A DNA stretch of 63,726 nt, counting the filler, from Octopus bimaculoides (lineage: Eukaryota): NCBI RefSeq assembly GCF_001194135.2. It is 4 parts of 4 records of this genome, joined end to end, with 100 filler letters (N's around TTAATTAATTAA, not from the genome) between each part and the next. Parts side by side here need not be neighbours in the genome. Positions count along the whole stretch, not along the records: positions 4,518 to 34,704 come from NC_068993.1; positions 34,805 to 62,246 come from NC_068982.1; 2 more parts are not named here. One strand, written 5' to 3'. Below the pieces are notes generated by a model. It was not told the DNA's origin. It saw nothing but the letters and a program-made list of their open reading frames with translations, and searched no databases. Shown piece after piece: positions 26,190 through 38,596 of this stretch. The translations under genes and the position numbers were made by a program. Numbering within the stretch: the stretch's first letter is position 1; every line of letters begins with the position of its first letter.

Positions 26190-26736
26190 GGGAACCCCAA
26201 ACCTTCATTGGAAGTATGGATACAAGGTAACAGGTGCTTGGTACCACCATACACTGGAAAAGGTAATGGACAAAAAGGAGAAGGCAAAAATCCTTTGGGA
26301 TTTTGACTTCCAGACAGACAAGCCGCAAGAGTACCGAAGGCCGAATATAGTAACCTTTAGGAGGGACAAACAAGAGTGCCTAATAATCTACGTGGCAGTG
26401 CCAAGAGATCAACATATCATCATGAAAGAAAGAGAAAAGAGTAATAAATATGGCGACCTGAGAATTGAGATCACCAAAATGTGGCTGCTATGAAAGTCAA
26501 ACATAAAGTTTGTCTCTGTTGTTATCGGAGCATTGGGTTCAATACCACCCAAGCTGAAGAAACATCTGGAAACTTTAGAAATATTTCAAAAATTGGCATT
26601 ACTTGGAATTGCATGTATATTGTGTAAAGTACTGTCATACTGAGGCGCTTGTTGTGACTTGACAGACAGTACAAACCCCTGGCAGACACAATATCTTTAA
26701 TCAACATCACAATATTGGATACGGTGCAATGTCTTA
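26190..26736 (+). mobile_element. R4/Dong-like non-LTR retrotransposon 3' fragment (restriction-like endonuclease)
   Basis: KILWDFDFQTDK..RRPNIV..CLIIYVAVP..KEREKSNKYGDL..VVIGALGSIP; flanked by TAA repeats on both sides. Confidence 0.8.
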
Positions 26737-26777
26737 AATAATAATAATGACAACGACAGCGGTGGCGGTGACGACGA

Positions 26778-26992
26778 TTCTTTCTATGATAGGCAGAAGG
26801 CCAGAAATTTTGGGGAGCGGTATAGTTGACTACATCGATCCCAGTGTTTCACTGGTACTTAATTTATTGACTCTGAAAGGATGAAAGCAAAGTCAATCTT
26901 GGCGGAATTTGAACTCAGAACATAGTGATGGACAAAATACTGCTAAGCATTTTGCCTGGCATGCTAACGACTCTCCCAGCTCACCACCTTAA
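26778..26992 (-). mobile_element. Family C SINE, older copy
   Basis: gaaaggatgaaagcaaagtcaatcttggcggaatttgaactcagaac..ccagctcaccacc. Confidence 0.8.
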
Positions 26993-27014
26993 TAATACTG
27001 ATGATAATAATAAT

Positions 27015-27940
27015 GATATTGTAACAAAGATGCTGGGCCAAATATCTTGAAACATGTAATGACTGGATGCTAAAACACATTGACAATCATAAGAGGCACA
27101 AGAAGCTTCATTCTGTCATGAAGGAGAGCAAAAAATTTGCAATTGAGTTCATACATAATACCCAAGTTAAACAACATGATGGAAGTGTGGTAATTGTTGT
27201 TGCAAAAAAGGAGTAATCAATGGCAAAGAAAGCATATGAATAATTGGCTGATAGGTGGGAACAAAAACCTCTGTATGGCAAATATGTGGCTTAAAGTAAA
27301 CAAGCTGATGTAGATCAGAAGCACACCTATCATTAGTTATGGAGCCCAGGGCTAAAGGCAGAGAGTGAAGATCAGAGCTTATTCATCCAGAACTACCAAG
27401 CCAATGTAATGAAAAATGGAGTAGACTCAAGGTGCCGAGATTGAAACAGTGGACTGCCTAATCTCTAGATGTAAAGTTTTAGTACCTATAGAGTTTAAAT
27501 CAAGATATTGACAGTGTTGGTCAATATCTACACTGGTTAGTATGTCGGCATTATAAAATCAAAACTGCTGCAAATGGTACAAGCACCACCCTGAGGAAGA
27601 AAATGTAACGATTCTTTGGGACTTCCCCATACATATAGACCAGATCATCAAAGCTAATAAACCAGATATTGTTTTGAAAGACCAAAACAATAAAGTCTGT
27701 TTATTGATTGACATGAGCATACCTTGTCACCATAATATTTCGGCAAAAGAATTTGATAAGCTCATGAAATCGTAAAAACATAGTATCTTGAGACAGTTAT
27801 AATACCAGTGATTGTAAGAGCACTTGGAATGATCAGAAAAGGAACTGAAAATTATTTGAGAATGATCCATCCATGCAAGAAGTGCAAGAGATTGTTTTAA
27901 CTGGTACGTCACACATATTGAGAAGAGCACTGTTGCTGTA
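27015..27940 (+). mobile_element. Second R4/Dong-like 3' fragment (zinc knuckle plus RLE)
   Basis: CR..ETVDCLISRCKVL..YLHWLVCRHY; ILWDFPIHIDQIIKANKPDIVLKD..CLLIDMSIP; decayed. Confidence 0.75.
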
Positions 27941-29563
27941 AATTTTCTTTTCCTTTCCTCCCCATCTTTTCTTTTTTTCTATTTTTTATTTTTATTTTGC
28001 TTTTTCTTTTTTTTCTATCACTTTTCTTGATTTTATAAATGAACACAATGAGTTTCTTTGCCCTAGGTGTTGGGAAGACACTATGCAAGAAATGGAAACA
28101 GAATTGAAAGGAGGAGGGGGAGAAGGAGGTTTGAGATCAGGGTGGGAGTGCGGTTCTCTGGGGAGGAGCTAGGAAAAGAGGAAGAGATGAAATGTGGTGT
28201 ATAGGGAAATGGGCATAGAAGGAGGCGGAAGGTGAATAGGTGTGAATGTGATATAAGTAAGAGGGTTGCATGGAGGAAAAAATTTCCTTAGAGAAGAAAA
28301 AGTATAGTTGGTGAGAAAAAATATAATAATATAAAACAAGTACAAAGTTAAAGGAAAAGTTGTAAGGTTGATATATAGCATGAAAAAGTAATAAAAGTGA
28401 AAAGGTTGGGTATAATATCCAAGGGAAAAACAGCTGCGTGAAAGAACATGTAAAATAGAAAAGATTATTTGAAATGAAGAAGGGATTATAAAAAGTAAGT
28501 TTTAAAAAAGGGTTTGTATAAGAAGTGTGGAGGAAAATGTTATTTAACACATGTAGTGATGAACCTGTTAGCAGAGGTGAATGTAGTAAAAAAGGTAATG
28601 AAATCCAATATAGAGGTGGTAAAGATCCTGTGTAAGGTTAGGGAGTGAAATGTATCCAAGATTGGTGAGTAAGGTCTGTGAAATGGAATTCAAGAAGCAA
28701 TTTTTTTTATCTATAAAACTGTACCAAATGTTTTATTTCAACAGTCAGTTATACAACAAATCACATTTCGAATTACAACATTTAAATACAAAGAAACAGA
28801 AAACAAAAGAAACAAAAAAAAAGGGTAAAGTGGCAGAAGATGGCGGTTGAGGGGATGATGGGCTCCACACCAGAACAAATGATGTACTTGGCTGCACTCT
28901 GCAGTAATGACTGTGATGTCATTGCTACAGAGAATGGCCAGTGACACTCATTGCAGCAGCCACTTCACCTCACAGAGCTTATTTCTCAGATGGGCTACCG
29001 TTATCCTGATTTTGCAGAGGAAATTGGTAGTACAGGACCTGAGAACAAGGAAATAATGGTACTTAGGATGCAATGTATAGAGGTGTAAATATGTGTCAGA
29101 CAAAGTGGTTAGTGGGAGAAAGAAAGATTATAGTGGAATGTTATGGAGAGCAACTCAAATGTGTGTGTATGTATGGCATGCACATATTGTTTTGGTTGTG
29201 GGTGTGTCTGTGTGCATGTAAGAGCAGACTGAAGAAAAAGAGGTAGTTGACCACAAGTCAGTAGTCAGACAAGGTGGGAGTGACAAGTGAAAGGAGGGTG
29301 AATGTGGGCAAAGTAGGCAGGTGAGAGTGTGCACTCTAACATAGGTATATAAATATATGTGTAGGGTGGAATATAGCTGTGAGTATATGTGTGTGGGGGA
29401 TTATGGGGTAGAAGCATGTTGGGAAATGTGTGTGGTGGCACATATACATGGGTAGAAAGTAAGTTGTATGTAAGTAAATGCATCATAGTGAGAGAATGTG
29501 GGAGGGATGCAAGTGTGGATATTCAGGTGCAGTTATGGGTGGAATATAGTATATCAGTGTAGG

Positions 29564-30688
29564 TACGAGGGGTGTTCATTAAAGATTTTCCCTGACCCAC
29601 TTCTCAAGGAGTGGATAAATGAAACTTGGCATAATTATTAGTCCTTCTCTATATAGCCACCACCAATGGTGACACACTTCTCCCATTCCTTTATGCAGCT
29701 GTGAAGACCTCGTTTGTAGAAGTCAATAGGTTGCGTCTGGAGCCAAGATTTCACCTCGGAAATAAGTTCATCATCATCATCCGAAAAGTGATTCCCTTTC
29801 AAAAAAGACATCATGGTTTGAAAAAAGTGGAAGTCAGATGGTGTAAGGCTGGGAGAATAAGGGGGATGAGGAAGGATTTTGTGGTTGCACGAGTGTGCTT
29901 TCATCTGGGCAACATGCACATTATGGGGCATTGTCTTGGAGGAGGCAGACTCCTTTGGTCAGCATGCCACACTTCTCTACTTTGATGGTGTCCTACAATT
30001 TCTACAGCAGAGAAGCATAATATGCCTTGTTAATTGTGGTGCCCTTTGCCAGAAAATCCATTATCACGACTCTGCACTGGATCCGAAAGACTGTGAGCAT
30101 CGCCTTGTCTGCTAAGGATTGGACACAAGCGTTCTTTGGAGGTGGTGAGTTATCTGGACTTTAGTCTCAGGATCATAGTGTTGGACCCATGTTTCATCTT
30201 GTGTGATAAGTCTGCCAACAAAGTCCTCCACATTGCCAAAAGAGCCTGGGAACAATTGACTTGTTCCTGCTTCTGAAAAGGTGTGAGCATCCAGGAAATC
30301 CATCGTACCAACAACTTCTGCATGTGCAAATGGTTGTGAATGATTTTTTCCACAGATCTTCACCTCTTGGGCTAGTTGCTGAATAGTTATGTGACAATCC
30401 TCCAAAATGGAGGCTTCCACTTTATGAATGGTGTTGTCATCAATGACAGAATGTGGCTGTCCAGGAATAGGAGCAATTTCCACTGATGTCCGACCACATT
30501 TGAACTGGCAATGCCAGTGCATGACTACATCATATGATGGTGCATTGTCACCATAAACTTCTTTGATCTCATCAAAAGTCTCTTTTGGTGTATGACTTTC
30601 AAGTATAACAACCTGATCAATGATCTGCATTCAAATACCTCCAGTACCTTAGTGGGTCAAGGGGAATCTTTAATGAATACTCCTTGTA
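29564..30688 (-). mobile_element. mariner transposon, decayed
   Basis: About 34-bp TIRs (tacgaggggtgttcattaaagatttt / aatctttaatgaatactccttgta); LITQDETWVQHYDPETK and HPPYSPSLTPSDFHFF in ORFs 29638..30630. Confidence 0.92.
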
Positions 30689-31169
30689 CATGAGTGTGGG
30701 ATTTTGTATGTCATGGTAGGTACGAGATGGTGTGTGAGTGTGTGTGTGTATGCTGGTGTATATATGTTGGGAAATGTAAAAGGGGATAGGAAGGTGGAGT
30801 GGAAGGCGGTACATGTGAGGTAAGGGTAAAAAGGAGGGTTGGGGTAGAGAGGTAGATGTTGGTGTACGAAAGGTGGAAAAAGTGTAAGTATAGGTTTGTG
30901 AGGGGTGAATAAGGTGAGGTTGAAGGGTGCAAGTGTGGGAAATGACAAGAAAGTGGCAGGCAGAGAAGGTGAATATGGCAGGGGATTAGAGAAATTGGGG
31001 AGAGGAATTGAGGCTGAAAGGACTGTAAGTCTGAAGATAGAAAACAAGCTCCTCTGGAAGTGAGTGATGGGGGAGCCAAAGGTGGTGGCCAAGACAAAAA
31101 CTGAGAGGTGGAGCTGAAATACTGAGACAGAAGATGCATGTATATATGTATGTTATATATAAATACACG

Positions 31170-32418
31170 CAGGGTACGTAAAGTATTTGAAGACATACCT
31201 TTTTTTCTTTAGCATTTTTTGCTAACTCTGTATAATCTTTGTTTTAGAAAATAATAATTGTAGACCCTCAGCTTGACCCACAAGAAATGAAGAGGCATGC
31301 TGTTATTGTGGTTATAAAGGCTGAGCATAACGATTTTAAAATATCTTGATTTTTAAAACTTGCCAGATCTTTTGTCTACAAAGTTTGTAAGGAACTAGAG
31401 ACTGAAGATGGAAATGTATCACCAATATCAAAGCATAAAAAGCATTCTATATGCTCTGAAATCATCAGAACACCTGAATTTATCCAGCAACTTCAACAGA
31501 CCATTGATTACAATCCGAGAAAGTCCATGAGGTCAACTGTAAAAGATCTCCATATGTCAGAAGGAACAGTCAGAAATGTTGTCCATGAAGACATCAGATA
31601 TAAGACTTATCTGATGAAGAAAGGTCAATTTGTCAGAAAAAAATGAAAGAAAATCACCACATCAGGTCTAAAACGTTCTTAAACAAACTGAAAAGTCCAG
31701 TAGATTTGATTTGGTTTTTCTCACATGAGAAAACTTTGACCAAAATCAAAAAGTTAACAGAAGAAATGACAGATGGTTATGTGTAGACCATTCTGAAGTC
31801 CCAAGTATTATGTATACAAAATTTCCTGCAACTGTCATAGTTTTAGGGGTTGTCAGCAATGAAGGTATGTGATGCCTCCTTACTTATTTCCACAAGGTCT
31901 TAGAGTTAGCTCTGCCACCTATATTGAGGTCCTGGTAATATTTGTTAAGCCCTGGATAGACAGTGTATGCAATGGAATATCATATGTGTTTCAGTAAGAT
32001 TGCACTATCACACATGGCTCTAGTAACACAGGAATGGAGCACTGAAAATCTTCATGATCACATAACCCCTAATATTTGGCTTTCTAATTCCCCAGATGTC
32101 AATCCATTGGACTATTACATGTGAAGTGTTGTTGAGAGAGAGGTCAATGAACACACTCATAACACCAAAGATTCTTTGAAAGCTGCCATAGTCAGCGTAA
32201 TGTCAAAATGAACTAGGACCACTTGATTCAAGCATGTAGATGATTTAGATCTCATATAGAATCAGTTATTGAAGCTGAAGGTGGCTTTATTGAACAACAT
32301 TATAGAAAAGACGGTTTATTTTTATCCTCATAGCATTTTTTGATAAAATTATTATCTGTTATTATATACTTGTTTTTTTAATAACATAAATCTGTCCTCA
32401 AATATCTTATGCACTCTG
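31170..32418 (+). mobile_element. Tc1/mariner DD37D (maT-like) transposon, full length, decayed
   Basis: TIRs cagggtacgtaaagtatttgaagaca / tgtcctcaaatatcttatgcactctg; WFFSHEK, FQ*D, then 37 residues (after repairing one frameshift) to the last D of SPDVNPLD. Confidence 0.8.
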
Positions 32419-32559
32419 TATATATATATATATATATATGTACAGACACACACACACACACATATACATACATATATATATATTTATATATACAAATACA
32501 CATACACACATGCACACTCATACACACACACACTCAAATAAATACATATATATATAAGC

Positions 32560-32950
32560 ACAGGAGTGGCTGTGTGATAAGTAGCTTGCTTGCCAACAAC
32601 ATGGTTCTGGGTTCAGTCCTACTGTGTGGCACCTTGGGCATGTGTCTTCTACTATAGCCTCAGGCTGACCAAAGCCTTGTGAGTGGATTTGGTAGATGGA
32701 AACTGAAAGAAGCCCGTCGTATATATGTATATATATATACATTTGTGTGTCTGTGTTTGTCCCCCCAACATCACTTGATAACCGATGCTGGTGTGTTTAC
32801 ATCTCCATAACTTAGCGGTTCAGCTTAAGAGACTGATAGAATAAGTACTAGGCTTACAAAAATAAGTCCTGGGGTCGATTTGCTCAACTAAAAGGTGGTG
32901 CTCCAGCATGACCGCAGTCATAGGACTGAAACAAGTAAAAGAATAAAAGA
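32560..32950 (+). mobile_element. Family A SINE
   Basis: Head ggagtggctgtgtgataagtagcttgc, B-box-like gggttcagtcc, core, internal TA/TG repeat and tail. Confidence 0.85.
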
Positions 32951-33849
32951 ATATATACACGTACAAATATATTTATACATACACACACACTCACATACAT
33001 ATATACATGAGTATTCATGAAATTCTTCTTACATCTCATAATTTGTAGAATTTCAATGTAATATAATGAACATCTGCTGCCCCCTCAAGACCTCTTGTAT
33101 TTAATATCCTATCTTTTTAATTCCCAAGTTTTAGCAGTCAATGATGCTGAATTGACTTTACCTTTTCTCCTAAAGGTATGTAACTGATTGCATCTTGGAC
33201 AAATACCTTGACTATTGCTGCAGGCCAAAGATTTCTATGTGGGATAGACACTACTTGGAATTCTGTCACAACCATGTCTGTATGTGTGTGTTTGCATGCA
33301 TGTACTTGTTTGTGACAGCCAATCAGCAGATTCGCTTTGACAACAGCTGTATTATTTACTGCAGAGCATTAGCTGCCCATCAAATTTCTTTCACCATAAA
33401 ATCCAACACTTGAAGAGGATACGGGCTCTTGACCACTCCCCTTCTAGTACATGCCTATGTCAATTTAGTTGCCTGTGCAGTTGTGATGTTTGATAGGTCA
33501 CAAGCCTTAATATCTCCAGCCCAATTTGAAAATCCATATTTCTTTGAAGCCTCATTTTCATTAATTTTGTTTATAGATATTATCTTCATAGATTCATAGA
33601 ATTTCATTGAACAACAACTTAATATAATTTGATGAAATGGGGTGGTTATACAACAATGTGAAATTACTTTGCATTGGTAATACATAACCATACAACTGGA
33701 ATGTGTGTAGTAATATTTTGAAATATCCATTTTCATTTACTAAATGATAGACTGCATATGTACCAATTATGCCACTGATACATACATAGAGTTACAAGAT
33801 ACCTAAAACCAGTAAACAGCTGTTTAACTTTATATGGACTACTATACTG

Positions 33850-34704
33850 ACCAGTTGAAAAATGAACGTATAATGACGCTACGGTTGCACTTGAAAGGTA
33901 AGCGGTTTGCTACTCTAATAAGTGCCTATGCACCTACTTTGATTAGCTGTGATGAAGATAAAACAATCTTTTATACCCAGCTGAGAGCTATACTTAGAAA
34001 AATCCCCAATTCTGATAAAGTCATTCTATTGGGGGATTTCAATGCCAGGGTTGGAACAGACTGGCAAACATGGAACTCTCTCGAATGTTTTGGAGGAGGG
34101 AAAATGAATAGCAATGGTCTCATGCTACTGGAGCTTTGCGAAGAACATGGACTCATTTTATGCACAAAGGTGATCACACAACAACATGGATGCATCCAAG
34201 GTCCAAAGTTTGGCACATGCCGGATTATGTCATCATCCGCAAGCGCGACATTTATGACATTTGTAATGTCAAGTCGTTGCATGAATCAGAATGCTGGACA
34301 GACCACAGTCTGGTGCGAGCAAAGTTCCGAATGGTGATTAGGGTGAAAGAGAGAAGAGGACCAGTCAGCATTCCTCACTGTCTAAATGTCCACAAGGTAT
34401 ATGATGTTGTGGTTAGGAAAGAGCTTCAGACTCGCTTGTCCAGCATTGAAACTGCTGCAGCATGGGAGGATTTTCGAGACCAGGTTCTTCAATGTGCAGC
34501 CGAAACACTGGGATATGTTACTGCCAGACAGTTTGATGAGAATGATCCTGAAGTTCAGCGACTATTGGTGGTAAAGCGCCATGCTCACAGTGTATTGCTA
34601 CACAGAGAACTGTCTACTGTGCAGTGAAGTCTAGCACTTGCCCACTATAACAATGTAAAATCACTACTGCAGCGATCTCTCAGGAAGATGCAGAACATTT
34701 GGTG
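33850..34704 (+). mobile_element. RTE-clade LINE, AP-endonuclease fragment
   Basis: RIMTLRL..ISAYAPT..ILLGDFNARVG..NSNGLMLLELC; TWMHPRSKVWHMPDYVI. Confidence 0.9.
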
Positions 34705-34804
34705 NNNNNNNNNNNNNNNNNNNNNNNNNNNNNNNNNNNNNNNNNNNNTTAATTAATTAANNNNNNNNNNNNNNNNNNNNNNNNNNNNNNNNNNNNNNNN
34801 NNNN

Positions 34805-35088
34805 GTTGCCAGTGCCCCTGGACTGGCTCTTGTGTGAGTGGCACATAAAATACACCATTTTGATCATGGCTGTTGCCAGTACCGCCTGACTGGTCTTCGT
34901 GCGGGTGACACGTAAAAGCACCCACTACACTCTCTGAGTGGTTGGCGTTAGGAAGGGCATCCAGCTGTAGAAACTCTGCCAAATCAGATTGGAGCCTGGT
35001 GTAGCCATCTGGTTTCACCAGTCCTCAGTCAAATCGTCCAACCCATGCTAGCATGGAAAGCGGACGTTAAATGATGATGATGATGATG
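34805..35088 (+). mobile_element. Family B element, young copy
   Basis: Near-identical to 51600-51852; abuts a linker gap. Confidence 0.88.
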
Positions 35089-35788
35089 AACGATTTCTCA
35101 GAATTATGGTTTTCTGCTCTATAGATCTGGTACATAATCTACACCTCATCCATTTGATACAGCTAGATTACACTTGGTATATTTCCTATGTTTTCTATTA
35201 CAATTAAACAGAAATGTTTCTTTTTTGGCATATTGAAAAACAACCATTACAATATTTTGGCTCATAGTCACAAACAGAATTTGATATTCAAATTTCAAAT
35301 GACATATTCTTTTAAAATGGACAATAGTGGGTGTATATATACGAGCTAGTGTTGAAAATAGAAATCAGAATTGCTCACTGACTGACTAATACCCCGTCCT
35401 CTCTCTCTTTCCCTATCACAACATGCATCCCACCCTTCCTTTGTTCTATACTCCCTCTCTCACAAAATTTCATCACTGCTTCCTTTCGATTTCTTTCTTT
35501 AGTTTTGTTTGTTTTTTTCTTCCTTGTTGTATCATACTTTCACTTATTTTCTCAAGAGCTCATGTGACCAAAAGCAAATACAATCACCCAACAACTTGCT
35601 TGCCCTTGACCCAGTTTAATATCTGGGATATAACAGCTAAAGAGAGAAAGTGTTGCACCAGCACTAGACCGTTACTCATTTTTTAACTCAGTAGGCTGCA
35701 GCAACATAAAACAAAATGTCTTGCTCAAAGATATACTGCAATGCCTGCTTTTATATATATACACCCTCTTTTTTTAAAAAGAGAACAT

Positions 35789-36177
35789 AGGCGCAGGAGT
35801 GACTGTATGGTAAGTAGCTTGCTTACCAACCACATGGTTCCGGGTTCATTCCCACTGCGTGGCACCTTGGGCAAGTGTCTTCTACTATAGCCTCGAGCTG
35901 ACCAAAGCTTTGTGAGTGGATTTGGTAGACGAAAATTGAAAGAAGCCCGTCGTATATATGTATATGTATATATATATATATGTGTGTGTATATGTTTGTG
36001 TCTGTGTTTGTTCCCCCAGCATCGCATGACAACCGATGGTGGTGTGTTTAAGAGACTGATAGAATAAGTACTAGGCTTCCAAAGAATAGGTCCTGGGCCA
36101 ATTTGCTCGACTAAAAAGGCGGTGCTCCAGCATGGCCGCAGTCAAATTACTAAAACAAGTAAAAGAGTAAAAGAGTA
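35789..36177 (+). mobile_element. Family A SINE, well preserved, ending 58 bp from the exon 9 donor
   Basis: ggcgcaggagtgactgtatggtaagtagc head through aaagagtaaaagagtaa tail. Confidence 0.88.
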
Positions 36178-36234
36178 ATCTTTAAAAAATTGGAAAACAG
36201 GAATAATTAAAAGACAAAATTTAGTTCTACTTAC

Positions 36235-36329
36235 ACCATTTCTATATCGGGAAGATCTTTAAAATATTTTGGAATTAGTGGCATGATTTCATCTTCACAA
36301 ATTTTCTTGACATATTCTAATAATTCTTC
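36235..36329 (-). CDS. DUF885 gene exon 9 (EELLEYVKKICEDEIMPLIPKYFKDLPDIEMV)
   Basis: Acceptor tttctcattgcag, donor GTAAGT, 95 nt, phase 0 to 2. Confidence 0.88.
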
Positions 36330-36614
36330 CTGCAATGAGAAAGAGCCTAGTCTTAGCATCAGAGGTAACACATCAAAGAACAAATGTTAAATAACTTATC
36401 AAATACTAATGATGATGATGATGATGATGATGATAACACTGAAAATGATAATAGAATAACAAGAAGAGAAAAGATGGTGGATATCACGTCCTAACAAAAT
36501 GCATATCTATAGGTAATATGGGTACCATCAGACAACATTCAAATACAACCAAACACAGCCCGCTTCCTTGCAAACTTCACTTACCAATAAGTTTGACTGC
36601 TATTACTATATTAG

Positions 36615-36664
36615 GAAAAGCAGCTGAAAAGCAGCTGAAAAGCAGCTGAAAAGCAGCTGAAAAG
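36615..36664. repeat. 11-bp perfect tandem repeat (gaaaagcagct) x4.5
   Basis: Read directly; creates four CAGCTG words. Confidence 0.95.
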
Positions 36665-36998
36665 AGCCTTGGGCTGGCTATATACATACGTGTTACATTA
36701 AAAATATAAATATTAACAGGTAACAAAAACATCAATTATAATGAAGTTGATATTGCTACTCTTTAGTCCAAAGTTAGTCCTGATAGAGTAGCCCAAATTC
36801 AATGGTATGACCATCCTGACATTTTTCAAGAATATAGTAGCCTGGACAATAACATCTACTATATCGATTAGTTTTTTTTTGTATGACAGTATGGATCATT
36901 TAAAGGAAATCTGGCTGCTGTTTTTAGCAAGCTGAAGGATTAGTTAAAGGCTCCATCAGCTCATCAATGAGTTGCATGAGTAGCAATGAGATTATACA

Positions 36999-37520
36999 AT
37001 GAGGGTTAGCTGAAAAGTTCATAGGCTGACCAAAATACTCTCATGGAATGTGACCAAATGAGGTTTATTTTCCAATATAGTCCTCCTTGCAGTCCACACA
37101 CTTCTTCCATTGCTATTGCATTGTTTTAATCCCATTAGTGAAGAAGCTTTCATTCTGTTGGTCAAAAAAGTTAACAGCAGATATGACATCATCACTACTG
37201 TGATACTCATTCCCAGCCAAAAGTTTTTTCATGTTGGGGAATGTATGATAATCAGACGGGGCCAAATCAGGAGAGTGGGGGAAGTGATCAACCCATTCAA
37301 AGCTAAGTCATGCAACCAATGTTGCAACACACAGCTCGTGTACTGCAACATTATCTTGATGAAAAAGACACCTTTCATTAGATTTCCTGGGTGTTTGGTC
37401 TTGACAGTCTTTCATAACTGTCTCAGTAAGTTGGCATAGTACTCTCCATTGATGGTGTGGCCTTTTGAAGATAGTCAATAAACACAATGTCTTTTGCATC
37501 CCCAAAAAACTGACCTCATC
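36999..37520 (-). mobile_element. mariner 3' fragment, same family as 48973-50183
   Basis: gagggttagctgaaaagttcataggctgacc TIR and adjacent sequence match the reverse complement of about 50000-50183; LFHQDNVAVH motif. Confidence 0.8.
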
Positions 37521-37585
37521 AACATTGCCATCAATCAGTTGTCATAGATTATTTGAAAAGAGAAAGAACTATAATTTTCAGCCAC

Positions 37586-37777
37586 CATCATCATCATGAT
37601 CATCATCGTTTAACGTCCGTTTTCCATGCTAGCATGGGTTGGACGATTTGATTGAGGACTGGTGAAACTGGATGGCAACACCAGGCTCCAATCTAATTTG
37701 GCAGAGTTTCTACAGCTGGATGCCCTTCCTAACGCCAACCACTCAGAGAGTGTAGTGGGTGCTTTTACGTGTCACCC
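37586..37777 (-). mobile_element. Family B element, young copy, in intron 8
   Basis: About 7 differences in about 180 bp versus 34900-35088. Confidence 0.88.
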
Positions 37778-38341
37778 ACCATAATTTGCTGAATTAAAAA
37801 AAAAAATTATCTACGGGAAGTAACTGAGATGGGCCACTGGTTTGAATTTACATGATTAAATTGTAACAGGTTTCTTCTCAGATTTGATCTTGCAACATTT
37901 CTATCTGAATTATTACCATGTTTGGTAATTTTTATCACAACTCACAATAAAACACTCATGCAATCATCCAGCATACCAGGTGATATACATTACAGCCAAT
38001 CACATTTGGCAGCAGACATCAAGGAACCCATTTTAGTTTACATGCATAAATACAAAAGAACATTTTAAAAGTTTACTGTGAGATTGTATTAAACCATGAT
38101 TTTAGCTCTCACTAGAGATCACCTTAGTCACAGTTGGAGGTCAGGTTCACTCATTTGCTAACCACTTTACAGTGTGTACTGGGTGCACTAGTACCAACAC
38201 TAGAGGGATTGTTTCTTTCATCAAACACTCTACATGATGTTTGTGGGAATGGTGGCTTTCTGCTATGGCCCCAACATATGAAGAGGATATGAAAGGGGTT
38301 ACTATGTATCTATATGTAATCAACAACAATGCCATGCCTAC

Positions 38342-38596
38342 CTTTGTTTGACAAAAGAATTCTTTCCTTGTCTTAAGTAATTTACTACATTCTTTCATGT
38401 CCAATGGAAGATTCTCAGCCTTGTAGATTTTCATAATTTCAGATTTGATACGTTCAACTTCTGACAGCCCAAGCTTGTGGATCTCTTCAGGACTTAGGTT
38501 GGATGATGTATGGAAACGGACACAAGCATCATAAAACTCCTTCCCATTTGGCAAATAACAGGCACCTGGTTCTTGACGGGAATGTTTCAGGTATAC
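38342..38596 (-). CDS. DUF885 gene exon 8 (VYLKHSRQEPGACYLPNGKEFY...EFFCQTK)
   Basis: Acceptor ttttcctcaag, donor GTAGGC, 255 nt, phase 0 to 0; strongest DUF885 signature; core of ORF 38147..38620. Confidence 0.92.

Noticed and set aside
28732-28737. Minus-strand AATAAA as the DUF885 poly(A) site
   Set aside because: No terminal coding exon is found upstream of it, and the hexamer is common in AT-rich DNA.
28100-29560. Purine-rich tracts giving F/L/P/H-rich minus ORFs (also 30690-31130)
   Set aside because: Low-complexity strand bias, no recognisable domain or splice structure.
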